A DNA stretch of 47,164 nt from Candidatus Nanosyncoccus sp. (GCA_045535655.1 JAZSMA010000032.1:1-47164); one strand, 5' to 3'; counted from the stretch's first letter, positions 20,050 to 29,495 are shown. The notes: generated from the sequence alone by a model not told the origin. Numbers and translations: made by a program.

Positions 20050-20263
20050 TAAACAGCATACCGACAAAATATCCGAGTTCTACTTGGGCGAATACAACGC
20101 CACGCTCGAAAGCACCATGGGAAACTTGGATGTCTTGATGCATACATTCGTAGGCAAAGAAGTCAATGACGATTTAAGCAGCATGTACCAATATTTGAGC
20201 GAGTTATCTACTGAAATCAAGCAGATTGCAGAAAGGAGGCGCAAAGACCAAAAACGCCCTTAG
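20033..20263 (+). CDS. Phage hypothetical protein
   Basis: GGAG RBS before ATG 20033. Confidence 0.55.
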   Translation: MWLKTNKQHTDKISEFYLGEYNATLESTMGNLDVLMHTFVGKEVNDDLSSMYQYLSELSTEIKQIAERRRKDQKRP

Positions 20264-20281
20264 CACATTAAATATTAAGTG

Positions 20282-20433
20282 GTTTTGCTTCTACTCCGGT
20301 CTTGAACATTGTGCAATTAGTCCGAGTTCAACGAGAGGCACTAAAGCACATTTAGATCGGACTCGCTGGGCTTGACGCTTCAGCAAATCGGAAGGCCCAG
20401 TTTAATCGTTCAAGACCGAATTAGGAGCAAAAC
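20282..20433 (+). ncRNA. Putative ~150-nt multi-stem RNA, antisense to the late-leader motif
   Basis: Closing stems gttttgcttcta/taggagcaaaac and cggtcttgaac/gttcaagaccg; inner stems agtccga/tcggact and ctgggctt/aggcccag; GTGCAATTAGTCC at 20311-20323. Confidence 0.7.
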
Positions 20434-20453
20434 ATAACATGGAGGTAATTATT

Positions 20454-20858
20454 ATGGCAAAGTTTCGCCGAGGGGTGAACCGCGTAACACCCGAACTTTA
20501 CGCGGAATTAAAACCAAAGCTAAAAACTCCAGCAGACCACAAAAAGGTTATGCGCGAGTATAAGATTGGTGATAGCACTTGTCGCTCAATCCGCAACACT
20601 GATTCTTATGAGGAATACCGAGCGCGAGTTGCTGATAAACGCAAAGCCACTCGTGACTTAGAGTCAATCGTTGAGCATGCGACTTATGATCGCGAACCAA
20701 AAGCAACAATGGTTGCTTACGAAAGTTCTAAGGAGCCAGAAGATGATGACAAACCCGGCATTGCAGCGCGCATTGTGGGTGTGTTTTTGGTAATCTGCCT
20801 AATGCTGATTGCAGCCGGCCTTACTTACGCTACTTTGAAATGGGCGTTTGGATTTTAA
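20454..20858 (+). CDS. Phage protein with C-terminal TM helix
   Basis: GGAGG RBS; basic N-terminus, hydrophobic tail. Confidence 0.7.
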   Translation: MAKFRRGVNRVTPELYAELKPKLKTPADHKKVMREYKIGDSTCRSIRNTDSYEEYRARVADKRKATRDLESIVEHATYDREPKATMVAYESSKEPEDDDKPGIAARIVGVFLVICLMLIAAGLTYATLKWAFGF

Positions 20859-20871
20859 CAATTAAATAAAC

Positions 20872-21025
20872 GAGTGGTGCCAGATAACAAAAAATAGCTA
20901 CGGAACTGGTTCAATGAGCGTACCGCAAATCGAAAGCCAAGCCACTCACCCTTGCCCACTGCGGAATTAGTTTTGTTTGTGTTAATTTGTATGACCTTTC
21001 ACAAATGTTCTCCTTCGCAGTGGGC
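20872..21025 (+). ncRNA. Putative structured RNA(s): a junction element and a large-loop hairpin
   Basis: gagtggt/gccactc and gccag/ctggt stems; gcccactgcgga/ttcgcagtgggc stem at 20954-21025. Confidence 0.5.
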
Positions 21026-21041
21026 TAAATGAAAGGATGAT

Positions 21042-21371
21042 ATGAACGATAATGAAATTTCACTCTGGACAAGAGTGCGAATATTGGACAAAAAGCTAGA
21101 TTGTCTAATAGATTTGATAGGAATAAATGGTTCATTGAGTAAGTGCGTGCTGGCCAGTACGGTTGGAGCCAGTGATAAACGCTATCAACGAACAGCCGAG
21201 AAATATGAAAAGCTATTTCAGGATTCAATCGTGAAATGTGGAGAGGAGATAAAGAAGATCGTGGGTGATAGATTCGAGGATTTAAGCGCAGAAGATGCCA
21301 AAAAGTTAAACGAAGCAGCACGTCAGACTTGCGGATTTGAAGCCACTTCGGAGGTTGGCGATGAGGCATAG
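21042..21371 (+). CDS. Phage hypothetical protein
   Basis: AAAGGA RBS, 109 aa. Confidence 0.65.
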   Translation: MNDNEISLWTRVRILDKKLDCLIDLIGINGSLSKCVLASTVGASDKRYQRTAEKYEKLFQDSIVKCGEEIKKIVGDRFEDLSAEDAKKLNEAARQTCGFEATSEVGDEA

Positions 21372-21678
21372 CCAAGCGTATTGTATCCGTCATGGCTATG
21401 GTGTCTTTGCCATACGAAATAAGCGTGAAGCAAAAGCTCTTTATGATTTTTGTGCCGAGCAGATAGTCGAGCTGTTTGGCAGACCGCCGGAGTGCCAGCA
21501 ACCACGGCTAGAAATATTCAAGTGGACAATGGATATTTATGCCAATAATTTTATGCTGGAGCCAGACAAAATACCGACAGAACCGATTAAGTGCCATTGC
21601 GGCCATTGTAGCGGTAGGTATATGCCTTATGATATTTGGTCGTATGCTACAGATCATGCACAGTTCTATTGGAGTTAA
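21361..21678 (+). CDS. Cys/His-rich phage hypothetical protein
   Basis: GGAGG RBS; CxxH and CHCGHC. Confidence 0.6.
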   Translation: MRHSQAYCIRHGYGVFAIRNKREAKALYDFCAEQIVELFGRPPECQQPRLEIFKWTMDIYANNFMLEPDKIPTEPIKCHCGHCSGRYMPYDIWSYATDHAQFYWS

Positions 21679-21679
21679 T

Positions 21680-22150
21680 ATGAGACAATACGAATCATCT
21701 TTACAAACGAGGGTGGCTGAATATCTCTGCCGACAATATCCAGATGTTCAGTTTCACTCCGACTTTGGATCGGGCGTGAAACTGTCTAAAATCCAAGCAG
21801 TCACGCAGCTTCGCCAAAATGGGTATCGCAGAGGGTGGCCGGATATGATTATTGCAAAATCTAAAGTTATAACGCTAGTAGAGCGAAGTGATGAGGAAGG
21901 TGGAAGTACAATTCAAATAAAATTTGGCTTATTCCTCGAACTCAAAAAAGACGGTGAAACGCTGTATCCCGGTCCGAGAGCCAAAAAGCGATTCAAATCT
22001 CTTGATGGCAAAGAATACAAGACTGAGCACCTAATGGAGCAAGCAGATGTATTGTTCAAGCTACGAAAAGCTGGTTACGTTGCCGAATTTGCCATTGGAT
22101 TTGATGAGGCTGTTAGGATAATTGACGAATATTTAGGAGGACAAAAATGA
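21680..22150 (+). CDS. VRR-NUC-like nuclease (putative junction resolvase)
   Basis: ESSLQ, GWPDMII, GLFLELKK, LRKAGY..EFAIGFDEA. Confidence 0.75.
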   Translation: MRQYESSLQTRVAEYLCRQYPDVQFHSDFGSGVKLSKIQAVTQLRQNGYRRGWPDMIIAKSKVITLVERSDEEGGSTIQIKFGLFLELKKDGETLYPGPRAKKRFKSLDGKEYKTEHLMEQADVLFKLRKAGYVAEFAIGFDEAVRIIDEYLGGQK

Positions 22151-22326
22151 ATAAAGTGAGGAACAAAATAAACGGCAAGATAGGAGTGTTCAACCCTCAC
22201 GAGGATAATGATTCCGGCGTGGTAGTTTACGCTTTACCAGAAAAAGAATACGAAATCGCTGGGCCAAAGATTGCCACATATAAAACGCGCAAAGGCTTTT
22301 GGCAAAGGTGGGAGGTTATAAAATGA
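22147..22326 (+). CDS. 59-aa phage hypothetical protein
   Basis: Manual ORF MNKVRNKING...WEVIK; AGGAGG RBS; ATGA overlaps at both ends. Confidence 0.65.
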   Translation: MNKVRNKINGKIGVFNPHEDNDSGVVVYALPEKEYEIAGPKIATYKTRKGFWQRWEVIK

Positions 22327-22517
22327 GAAGAACTTGTGGCGGAATTGAAACGGCCCTCCGGAATAAAAAGACCGGTCTTGTACATAAAATTATAGGTGTA
22401 GAATGTGAGCCGGGCGGTAGATGGAAGTTTCTAAGCTTACTTAATGGCCGGAAATATGAATATGACTCAATGGACCAATTAAAACGAGAATGGGAGTATC
22501 CAGTACGTGATAAATAA
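22323..22517 (+). CDS. Phage hypothetical protein
   Basis: GGAGG RBS, ATGA overlap. Confidence 0.6.
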   Translation: MRRTCGGIETALRNKKTGLVHKIIGVECEPGGRWKFLSLLNGRKYEYDSMDQLKREWEYPVRDK

Positions 22518-22701
22518 AGTCACACAGATTACTTGTGATTATTGCGGCCAGCTCATTGCGGAGTTCCCAGAAATCGAAAATAAGAAGGATGCCCTTCGAG
22601 AAGCTCGGCGGCAAGATAAAGAAATAATAGTTAATCATGGTAGACATTTCTGCGGCAGATATTGCTGGAACGAGTACCAGATTTACAAGGAGGAAGAATG
22701 A
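22507..22701 (+). CDS. Small zinc-binding phage protein
   Basis: TCDYC...HFCGRYC. Confidence 0.6.
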   Translation: MINKVTQITCDYCGQLIAEFPEIENKKDALREARRQDKEIIVNHGRHFCGRYCWNEYQIYKEEE

Positions 22702-22970
22702 TGGAGAAAGAATGGCAAAAAGCAACAATCGGTCAGGTTGTGCAATTTACTGAAAACCATAAATGGTGCGGAGCACTAGGCTTTGTTAGTGAAGTTAAAA
22801 AATGTGGCGATGACTATAGATTTATGATTGGTTGCACTATGCCGAACAACCAGACCAGTTGTGATACGGCTTACATATTTTCGATGTTAAGCGAGAATGA
22901 ATTTGAGCCTTTGTTGAATGGGCGAGTAGTTTTAATGCCTAAAGGAAGTGAAACGGAGGGCGAGAAGTGA
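22698..22970 (+). CDS. Phage hypothetical protein
   Basis: AGGAGG RBS, overlap. Confidence 0.65.
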   Translation: MMEKEWQKATIGQVVQFTENHKWCGALGFVSEVKKCGDDYRFMIGCTMPNNQTSCDTAYIFSMLSENEFEPLLNGRVVLMPKGSETEGEK

Positions 22971-23686
22971 GCAAAGTTCTAGCAATTCCCGACATACACC
23001 TTAAGCCTGTCATATTTGACCGAGCTGAAAAAATCCTCGAATCCGGTCAAGCGGATTTCGCCATTCAGCTTGGCGATCTCGTTGATGACTGGGGCGAGGA
23101 GTTCAATTACAAACTCTATGAGCGAACTATTGAACGAGCCATCAAGTTCCATCAAAAGTTTCCTAAAACGCTCTGGTGCATGGGTAATCACGACTTTGGC
23201 TACTACTTACCGGAATATGGCAGACGAGAAACTGGTCACAGCAGGATGCAAGAGGATACCATGGCCGAGCATATAGCCGAAATGATAGAAGTTGGTGTTA
23301 AACAACAAACAATTCATGTTGTAGATAATGTGATTTTTAGCCACGCTGGGCTAACTGATGACTGGGTTGCCACGCTTACGTTGGACGGCACAAACTACGA
23401 AATGAACGATTATATTGAAGTTCTGGCCAACAATTCAGAACCAGACTTACTTTGGGATGAAAACTCGCCAATTTGGACCAGACCACAAGACACTGGTGAA
23501 TTATTGTTTTCCGACAAAATGCAAGTAGTCGGACACACGCCAGTTAAAACAATCAAATTCGTGGATAATCTTTTGTCTACGGATGTATTCTCTACTTATA
23601 GAAACGGTGCACCATTTGGTGAGCGGCGATTCGCTATCGTAGATACGGTGAAAATGGTTTGGGAATACGCAAAGGAGGATGAGTGA
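22967..23686 (+). CDS. Calcineurin-like metallophosphoesterase
   Basis: DIH, GDLVD, GNHD, SHAG, GHTP. Confidence 0.9.
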   Translation: MSKVLAIPDIHLKPVIFDRAEKILESGQADFAIQLGDLVDDWGEEFNYKLYERTIERAIKFHQKFPKTLWCMGNHDFGYYLPEYGRRETGHSRMQEDTMAEHIAEMIEVGVKQQTIHVVDNVIFSHAGLTDDWVATLTLDGTNYEMNDYIEVLANNSEPDLLWDENSPIWTRPQDTGELLFSDKMQVVGHTPVKTIKFVDNLLSTDVFSTYRNGAPFGERRFAIVDTVKMVWEYAKEDE

Positions 23687-23901
23687 AAATTTGCATAGAA
23701 TATAATGGCCGATGGGTAGAGATGGATAAACCGGATCATAACTATGGTTCGAATATTGATACATTCAGAGAAATAGCCCAACTCGCTTTCGCTGCAGTAG
23801 AGCTTGAGTTCGTCGGTGAGATAAACGAAATACCGCCGGAACGACAACAAAAATACTTCGAGCCGTCTACGAAGTCCGTCGCCAGCAATAAACGCCAGTA
23901 G
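23683..23901 (+). CDS. Phage hypothetical protein
   Basis: AGGAGG RBS, GTGA overlap. Confidence 0.55.
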   Translation: MKICIEYNGRWVEMDKPDHNYGSNIDTFREIAQLAFAAVELEFVGEINEIPPERQQKYFEPSTKSVASNKRQ

Positions 23902-25798
23902 CTGAAAAGCTACTATCAGAAGTCCAATAACCACCGTATAACGCACGTACGTCAGCCGCAGTGGTCAATGTCTTACTGAATATGATCATTCCCACGTGTG
24001 AAGCCATTACAGGCTGATCTTGTGAGTAAATTAAGCCGTTCACGTCCAAATCGGCAGCCGAATTGGTAGGTTTCCGATTAATGCTACACTTATTATTCGA
24101 GCTGATGAAGAATATCGGTTTACCCACGCTCAATGTGATTGATACGGTTGTAGTCGTGAAGGCATCCACAGCGCGTACTTGAATATCCCACTGGTATTGG
24201 TTATCAAAGCTCAATACTAAATCTGTAGCTTGGTATGAGCTGCCACTTATTGTGACCGGCCTGTTCGTCCAGCTTCCCCATGATGAGTCAGTTGATTTCT
24301 TGTATCTGTAAGCGACTGCGAGTGTATTCTTCACGACATTGCTAACTTTGACTTGCGAATATGTACCACTGATTGCGAGTGTGGTTTGTGACTCGAAGTT
24401 ATTCACACGAGTTGCACTTGCGGTAATGGTCGGCACTGACCATGGAACCACTGTCACATTCTTGCTTACGGTCTTTGCAAGGCTCAATGAGTCGTTGGCT
24501 GCCACAGACAATGCGAGAGTTCCGGAAGCAGTTGGAGTCTTATTAGAAAATGTGCCTGAGACCGCCGCAGACGAGCTGTAAGCAATCTGAATGGACTGAG
24601 CGTTCAATGATGCCGTATAGCCGGTAATTGTCGCTCCATCGTTTGCTGTGGCCTTATTTGCGGTTGAAATAGTAACCTTTGGCTGCGATTGGCTTTGAAT
24701 GAATACTTGATTATTACCGGAAACGCTCACTGCAGTTGAATTTACATCTTCGTAGGTGAAGTTTGAGAAGTTCGGCGCGGTGTGAGTTGTTTTGGTGGTA
24801 AACGTCACAGATTTGGTTTCGCTCGCTCCACCATTCGGAGTATCTAACCGAGCTTGCAAAGTAACCGTCTTTGAGGTTGGCAGCGTAACGGTAAAGGTGT
24901 CTGTGGTGTTCGATACGGTACCGAATGAAGTCCAGTCGGTATATGAAGTTCCACCGTCCGTTGTGTAGCGATATTTACCGGTTCTCGTTTCTGCGCCACC
25001 ATCTGTTTGGCGAGTATATGAAAGCACAGCATTTACAGTATTGTAGGTCGCATACGCTTGCGAAGATAGTGAGAGTGCAGAGAGCGGCGGACATGGTAAG
25101 TAAAGCGTACCGGTAACTGTGGATTTGTTGCGCTGCGTATTCGATGCGTAACCACCATACCAGTATTTCTTGTTACCTTGGATAGTGAGCGCTGTTGAAC
25201 CTGTACTTGACGAGTTATTGACCGTAATTGTGGCTGAGGTTGTATTCTTCGATATGGCATACCGGTAACTGTTACCGTATGAGTTCTGAGCGAGAATTGC
25301 TGCCTCGATATATCTACCGGATGCGCTGGACGGATTACCATACGAGCTGATACTTACGCCGAATGTGGCCGAGTTGTAAGTCTTTGATTTCACCGTAACT
25401 GAAGGTGTAGATGGATCCGTATATGAAGCCGGCACTGTAATCGTTGTTGAACCGGAACCGTTGAAGTAGGCACCTACGCCAGACGATGACCAACTAATTG
25501 TAATCGTGCGTGAGTCTCCAGTAAACGTCTTGGAACAATGTACATACCAACCTTGCCAGTCGTTGTTATAACCCGGAATACTCGTAGCGGATGTCGCCGA
25601 AGCCGGAGTTCCGTCAATCGTGACGGTCATAGCTGTGCTCGAGGAATAGGTTTGGCCAGAGTATGTATTCGTTCTACGGAAGTAGAGATAACAATCAACG
25701 GTCTTTGACGAACCATTATCAGTAATCCATGTATCAATACCACCCTGAATGTATGTGGAGGTATTACTAATCGCTAAAACGCCTAATCCTGTCGACAT
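23867..25798 (-). CDS. Minor tail / receptor-binding protein (DUF859-like)
   Basis: Ser/Thr-rich beta protein, last gene of the tail module, C-terminal VYCWRRTS. Confidence 0.7.
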   Translation of the reverse strand: MSTGLGVLAISNTSTYIQGGIDTWITDNGSSKTVDCYLYFRRTNTYSGQTYSSSTAMTVTIDGTPASATSATSIPGYNNDWQGWYVHCSKTFTGDSRTITISWSSSGVGAYFNGSGSTTITVPASYTDPSTPSVTVKSKTYNSATFGVSISSYGNPSSASGRYIEAAILAQNSYGNSYRYAISKNTTSATITVNNSSSTGSTALTIQGNKKYWYGGYASNTQRNKSTVTGTLYLPCPPLSALSLSSQAYATYNTVNAVLSYTRQTDGGAETRTGKYRYTTDGGTSYTDWTSFGTVSNTTDTFTVTLPTSKTVTLQARLDTPNGGASETKSVTFTTKTTHTAPNFSNFTYEDVNSTAVSVSGNNQVFIQSQSQPKVTISTANKATANDGATITGYTASLNAQSIQIAYSSSAAVSGTFSNKTPTASGTLALSVAANDSLSLAKTVSKNVTVVPWSVPTITASATRVNNFESQTTLAISGTYSQVKVSNVVKNTLAVAYRYKKSTDSSWGSWTNRPVTISGSSYQATDLVLSFDNQYQWDIQVRAVDAFTTTTVSITLSVGKPIFFISSNNKCSINRKPTNSAADLDVNGLIYSQDQPVMASHVGMIIFSKTLTTAADVRALYGGYWTSDSSFSATGVYCWRRTS

Positions 25799-25799
25799 A

Positions 25800-27776
25800 T
25801 TAACTCTCCTTCTTTACAAACGCCCAGCCATCTGTTTGGGCTACAATTTTAATCGGTGGCATGTCAATTTCGTCTTTGAATGCACCTGTGTTCGCTGATA
25901 CCTCATCGGAACTCACCATTGCGGCAAGCTGATTATTCTTGAATACCTCAACGGCCTGCGAAGTTTGTCTCGTATATGATCCAGCCAAGTTATTATTCTT
26001 GACGGTCACACCATCTATGTTGATTTGCACCTGTGAGTTTGAGAATTCGCCGTTAGCCTGCGTCCATTGGCTGCGATAATTACCAACTGCGAGCATCATG
26101 TCAGTCACATAGAATTCGATGCCATTATCATTTGAAGCCGTAACGGTCAAAGTAAGTTCTGTGGAGTGCGGCAGAATAGCTTCTATAGCGAACTCGCCGT
26201 AATTTGAGGACTCATTATTGCCGAGTGAAATAGTCCAAACACCCTCCTGCGTTCCATCCGTCAAAGTAATGGTCGCAGAGCCCACAGCGGTCTTTTTGAG
26301 CCTGCATGAGAACGAATAGTAGGTCTTGCTCGCTTCTGCGATGCTATCATCGTCCGGCTTTACTGTGATTACCTGAGAAATAGTTTTGTTAGCCAGCTGG
26401 ATTACTTGACCGGAGAGCGAACCATTCGCACTCGCATCCGCTGAAGGTATCGCCGACCACGTTCCGCCGCCTGATAATGTCCAATAAAGTGGTAAGTTAT
26501 CGGAGTCTACTTGATAGAAAGCCGAGTTTTTTATCAAGTTATTACCACCGGAGTTCTGCACGCTGGTTACAACCGAAGAAATGTTTTGTGTGATATTCGT
26601 AAAATTAGAGTTGGTTTGGTTCTCAAAGCTGGTCTGTTCCTCTACGATTGAGCGGATTTCTTGGTTCTGCTTGTCTACCTTAATCTCGGTATTGTAGATG
26701 GTTTTCATAACACCACCGGCCAGCGCGTAATCTGTCGTGCTTTCTTCCGGAGTCACGCCTTTGAGTTCTTCCTTAATTCCGCCGTCCACTGTGATTTTGT
26801 GGTAGGTGACTATACCTTCGACTTGGTTGCCTTGGTCATCTTCAAACTCAAGGCGATCTCCACATTCATACCAGCCGAGACCAACCGTTGTAGCTTCAAA
26901 GCCGGTCCACTCAATGCCATCTACGGCTGCGAGTAGGTTGCTGATAAACGCTGTGCGGTCATCATCCATAATTTCGTTGTTAGCAAGCTTGACTTCGGTC
27001 AAACCGTTGTTCTCTACGCTTTGCTGGTCAGTAACGGCAATATTATCCTCTTGTGGTAAGCGAGCGAGCACTACGGAGTTCACTGGGCCATAGTGTGAGC
27101 TTACAGTCAATGATTTCAGTTTCTCGTAATCGAGCGAGCCTTGAACTGTCGTTTGATGCGGTCTGAATATAATCTGTTGAGTACGGTTGTCAACAATGAC
27201 CATAGAAGCCGTTGCGCCTGCAATCTCGGCTAAAATGTTGCGGTAGTTCTCGGACGAGATATTGGAATATAAATCTTCTTGAATTGTGTAGTTGTAGTTC
27301 GGCAGCGTGGTCATATCCGCCACTGTTAATCCGAACCTATCACCAATCGCAGCCACCAAATTCGCAATGGTAATCGGGTAGGTAATATTCGCCTCGTAAC
27401 CAACATTCTGCATCTCGCTCATTTTGCCAATGGCTTTGATGGTCGTTGTTTCGGAGCCCTTCTTGGTCGGTGCTTCGGTCACTGTGAAATACCCATAATC
27501 AATCTGCTCGTAGCTGTCATTACCAATGAGCAGGCTGTAAGTAATTTGAATTGTCTTGCCAATTAAGTCATAGTTTGAACCCAGTAACTTGACCGTTGCG
27601 ACTGTAGCCACAGAGCCAAATAGTTCACCGGTACTTTCGAGAGAAAACGAAATAAGATTGTCTGTATCAGAAATCGTTACAGGGCTGCCGCCAAATGGAT
27701 CTACTACTATGCTCGCCGAAACTCTCTTTACTGGAGCGGTTGCGGCTGTCTTAAAGCTATCTGATACATTAATCAT
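25800..27776 (-). CDS. Baseplate hub / Tal-like tail protein
   Basis: Position after the distal tail gene; coiled coil followed by a GGNNLIKNS carbohydrate-binding-like module. Confidence 0.7.
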   Translation of the reverse strand: MINVSDSFKTAATAPVKRVSASIVVDPFGGSPVTISDTDNLISFSLESTGELFGSVATVATVKLLGSNYDLIGKTIQITYSLLIGNDSYEQIDYGYFTVTEAPTKKGSETTTIKAIGKMSEMQNVGYEANITYPITIANLVAAIGDRFGLTVADMTTLPNYNYTIQEDLYSNISSENYRNILAEIAGATASMVIVDNRTQQIIFRPHQTTVQGSLDYEKLKSLTVSSHYGPVNSVVLARLPQEDNIAVTDQQSVENNGLTEVKLANNEIMDDDRTAFISNLLAAVDGIEWTGFEATTVGLGWYECGDRLEFEDDQGNQVEGIVTYHKITVDGGIKEELKGVTPEESTTDYALAGGVMKTIYNTEIKVDKQNQEIRSIVEEQTSFENQTNSNFTNITQNISSVVTSVQNSGGNNLIKNSAFYQVDSDNLPLYWTLSGGGTWSAIPSADASANGSLSGQVIQLANKTISQVITVKPDDDSIAEASKTYYSFSCRLKKTAVGSATITLTDGTQEGVWTISLGNNESSNYGEFAIEAILPHSTELTLTVTASNDNGIEFYVTDMMLAVGNYRSQWTQANGEFSNSQVQINIDGVTVKNNNLAGSYTRQTSQAVEVFKNNQLAAMVSSDEVSANTGAFKDEIDMPPIKIVAQTDGWAFVKKES

Positions 27777-27777
27777 G

Positions 27778-28152
27778 CTATACCCTCTTACTCACTGGGA
27801 TTAAGTTCACACTGAAGGACTTATACAGCCCTCTTGCCTTATCAAGCATTGGCAATTCATAATCGCCGGCGTAATAATTGGCGGTCTTGGTTGCCTTGCT
27901 CTGTGGATCGAAATATGTAACCGAGAAATAATCTTGATTAAGTAATGCAGCAATACTGGAAACTTCATTTTCTGTAAGCCCATCCCTGAATGTGAGCAAC
28001 AATTTCGGGAATACTCCGATTAAGCTGGCCGAGATATTACCGGCCATGTTGCGTTCCGCATCCTTCCAAAGCTTGTTGTATTGGACAGAATACGACCTTA
28101 GTCCAGAAATTGCTGTGCTTCCAATCGTCAACAGCGTTCCACTAAATGCCAT
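27778..28152 (-). CDS. Distal tail protein (DUF6711-like)
   Basis: AERNMAG...FSVTYFDP...YYAGD...FSVNLI. Confidence 0.65.
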   Translation of the reverse strand: MAFSGTLLTIGSTAISGLRSYSVQYNKLWKDAERNMAGNISASLIGVFPKLLLTFRDGLTENEVSSIAALLNQDYFSVTYFDPQSKATKTANYYAGDYELPMLDKARGLYKSFSVNLIPVSKRV

Positions 28153-28164
28153 TATTAATCCTCC

Positions 28165-28242
28165 TTATTTTATCGGTATTTTGATGTAGCGCAAACCAGC
28201 CGGAAGCTTGTTCCGTTGTTTTGCTCTGTGTAGAAATTTCAT
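28165..28242 (-). CDS. Possible 25-aa basic peptide
   Basis: AAAGGA RBS; MKFLHRAKQRNKLPAGLRYIKIPIK; stop codon abuts the next gene's RBS. Confidence 0.4.
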   Translation of the reverse strand: MKFLHRAKQRNKLPAGLRYIKIPIK

Positions 28243-28265
28243 ATAATCCTTTCATCGCCCCTCCG

Positions 28266-29180
28266 CTAATATGAATTTATTAGGTTTCGGTAAAGAATAA
28301 TGGTCTGATTCGGATAAATCAGCCCACGATTCGGGATGTTATTCTTCTCTGCAATAGCCTGTGCCAAACCATCGTCTCCGAATAGTCTGTTTCCGGTATA
28401 TCCGTTATTACGAATGATTCCGCCCAATGTATCACCAACCCTTACGACATAGGTAATATCACCAGAAACCGGCGTTGGTTCAGGTGTAGGTGTCGGAGTT
28501 GGTGTTGGTTCTGGATCCGGAGTATAATCACCCGGCACAACCCATACCCAGCCGCTAATATTCATATTGTGCGTTGCGACTGTAAGCGGCACATAATTCG
28601 CATCGTTCACCATTGCAGTATTTGTTCCGGTAGAGTAGAGATACATGGCTGTGTGGCCATATTGAGTATTAAACCCACCAGAACCAATCGCGCCCTCAAT
28701 AGGCGTGTCAATGTATTTCCAACCATAATTATTCACGAGCCAAGCGGCAATATCTTTTCCGTTTCGCGGTCCGTAATCAGGATGTGCGGACGAATAATCC
28801 TTCTTTCCTGTGGCCAGATAAGCGGTGTATTTGGAGCATTGCCAACCATTCCCATTATCTGTATCGCCATCCGGTTTTCTCCGGCTCTTTACGGTTTCCA
28901 GCGTGACTGAACCACCTTGACCGGTAGCTTCGTCAGCCTCTTGCATAGTAGCTTCATCGGTTGGCCTATCTTCATTCATAATGCGGTACATGGCCGCTTC
29001 TGCATCTTCTATGAACTTCGTGGTTGCTTCTGGAATCTGCGCGTCATTACCATCGAGAGTCCGGTATTGTCCATTCTCCGATGTATGACCAAAGATTATA
29101 AACAAAGCGCAGAGGATTGTTACTCCTCCCACGATAAACCAATGTAGATTTCGTCTGATAAACTTACTTACTGCCTTCAT
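28266..29180 (-). CDS. Endolysin: N-terminal TM, CHAP-like domain, PT linker, LysM
   Basis: WQCSKY...YGHTA...DANY; PTPTPTP; YVVRVGDTLGGI...LIYPNQTI. Confidence 0.85.
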   Translation of the reverse strand: MKAVSKFIRRNLHWFIVGGVTILCALFIIFGHTSENGQYRTLDGNDAQIPEATTKFIEDAEAAMYRIMNEDRPTDEATMQEADEATGQGGSVTLETVKSRRKPDGDTDNGNGWQCSKYTAYLATGKKDYSSAHPDYGPRNGKDIAAWLVNNYGWKYIDTPIEGAIGSGGFNTQYGHTAMYLYSTGTNTAMVNDANYVPLTVATHNMNISGWVWVVPGDYTPDPEPTPTPTPTPEPTPVSGDITYVVRVGDTLGGIIRNNGYTGNRLFGDDGLAQAIAEKNNIPNRGLIYPNQTIILYRNLINSY

Positions 29181-29406
29181 CTTTCTTATCCTCCGTAATC
29201 TTTTGGCTGGTTGAGCCGAAGAAGTACATATTAATCACGGTGTTAGCAGCAAGGAAAGTTGTTACAATCTGTTCTCCTACGCCTGCGAAACCCCACGTTT
29301 TCGAGATTAATGAGACAAATGTCGCAATAGCGGATAGGATACCTGCTGCAAGCGACAGTTTCCTCTGAACTGTGAGACTTGTTTTGATTGGTTGTATATT
29401 GGCCAT
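29164..29406 (-). CDS. Putative holin
   Basis: 80 aa, two TM segments, charged C-terminus, overlaps the endolysin; AAAGGAG RBS. Confidence 0.7.
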   Translation of the reverse strand: MANIQPIKTSLTVQRKLSLAAGILSAIATFVSLISKTWGFAGVGEQIVTTFLAANTVINMYFFGSTSQKITEDKKDEGSK

Positions 29407-29431
29407 AGAAGCTCCTTTCGTTAGGCTGGTA

Positions 29432-29487
29432 ACAAAAAACACCTCTGCTCTAGCAGAAGTGCAATCAGTCTAACTTAATTATATCAC
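29432..29487 (-). promoter_or_regulatory. Late leader A: extended -10 + GACTGATTGCAC + terminator (upstream of holin/lysin)
   Basis: Minus strand: TGATATAAT-taagtta-GACTGATT-GCACTTCTGC-taga-GCAGAGGTGT-TTTTTG. Confidence 0.8.
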
Positions 29488-29495
29488 AATCATGG

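Noticed and set aside
23867-23990. Tail protein C-terminus as the DGR variable repeat
   Set aside because: The sequence (YGGYWTSDSSFSATGVYCWRRTS) does not align with the TR at non-adenine positions.
28470-28525. Short tandem repeats
   Set aside because: They encode the ordinary Pro-Thr linker of the endolysin; the Gly/Ser run at ~32910-32965 is likewise a tape-measure linker.
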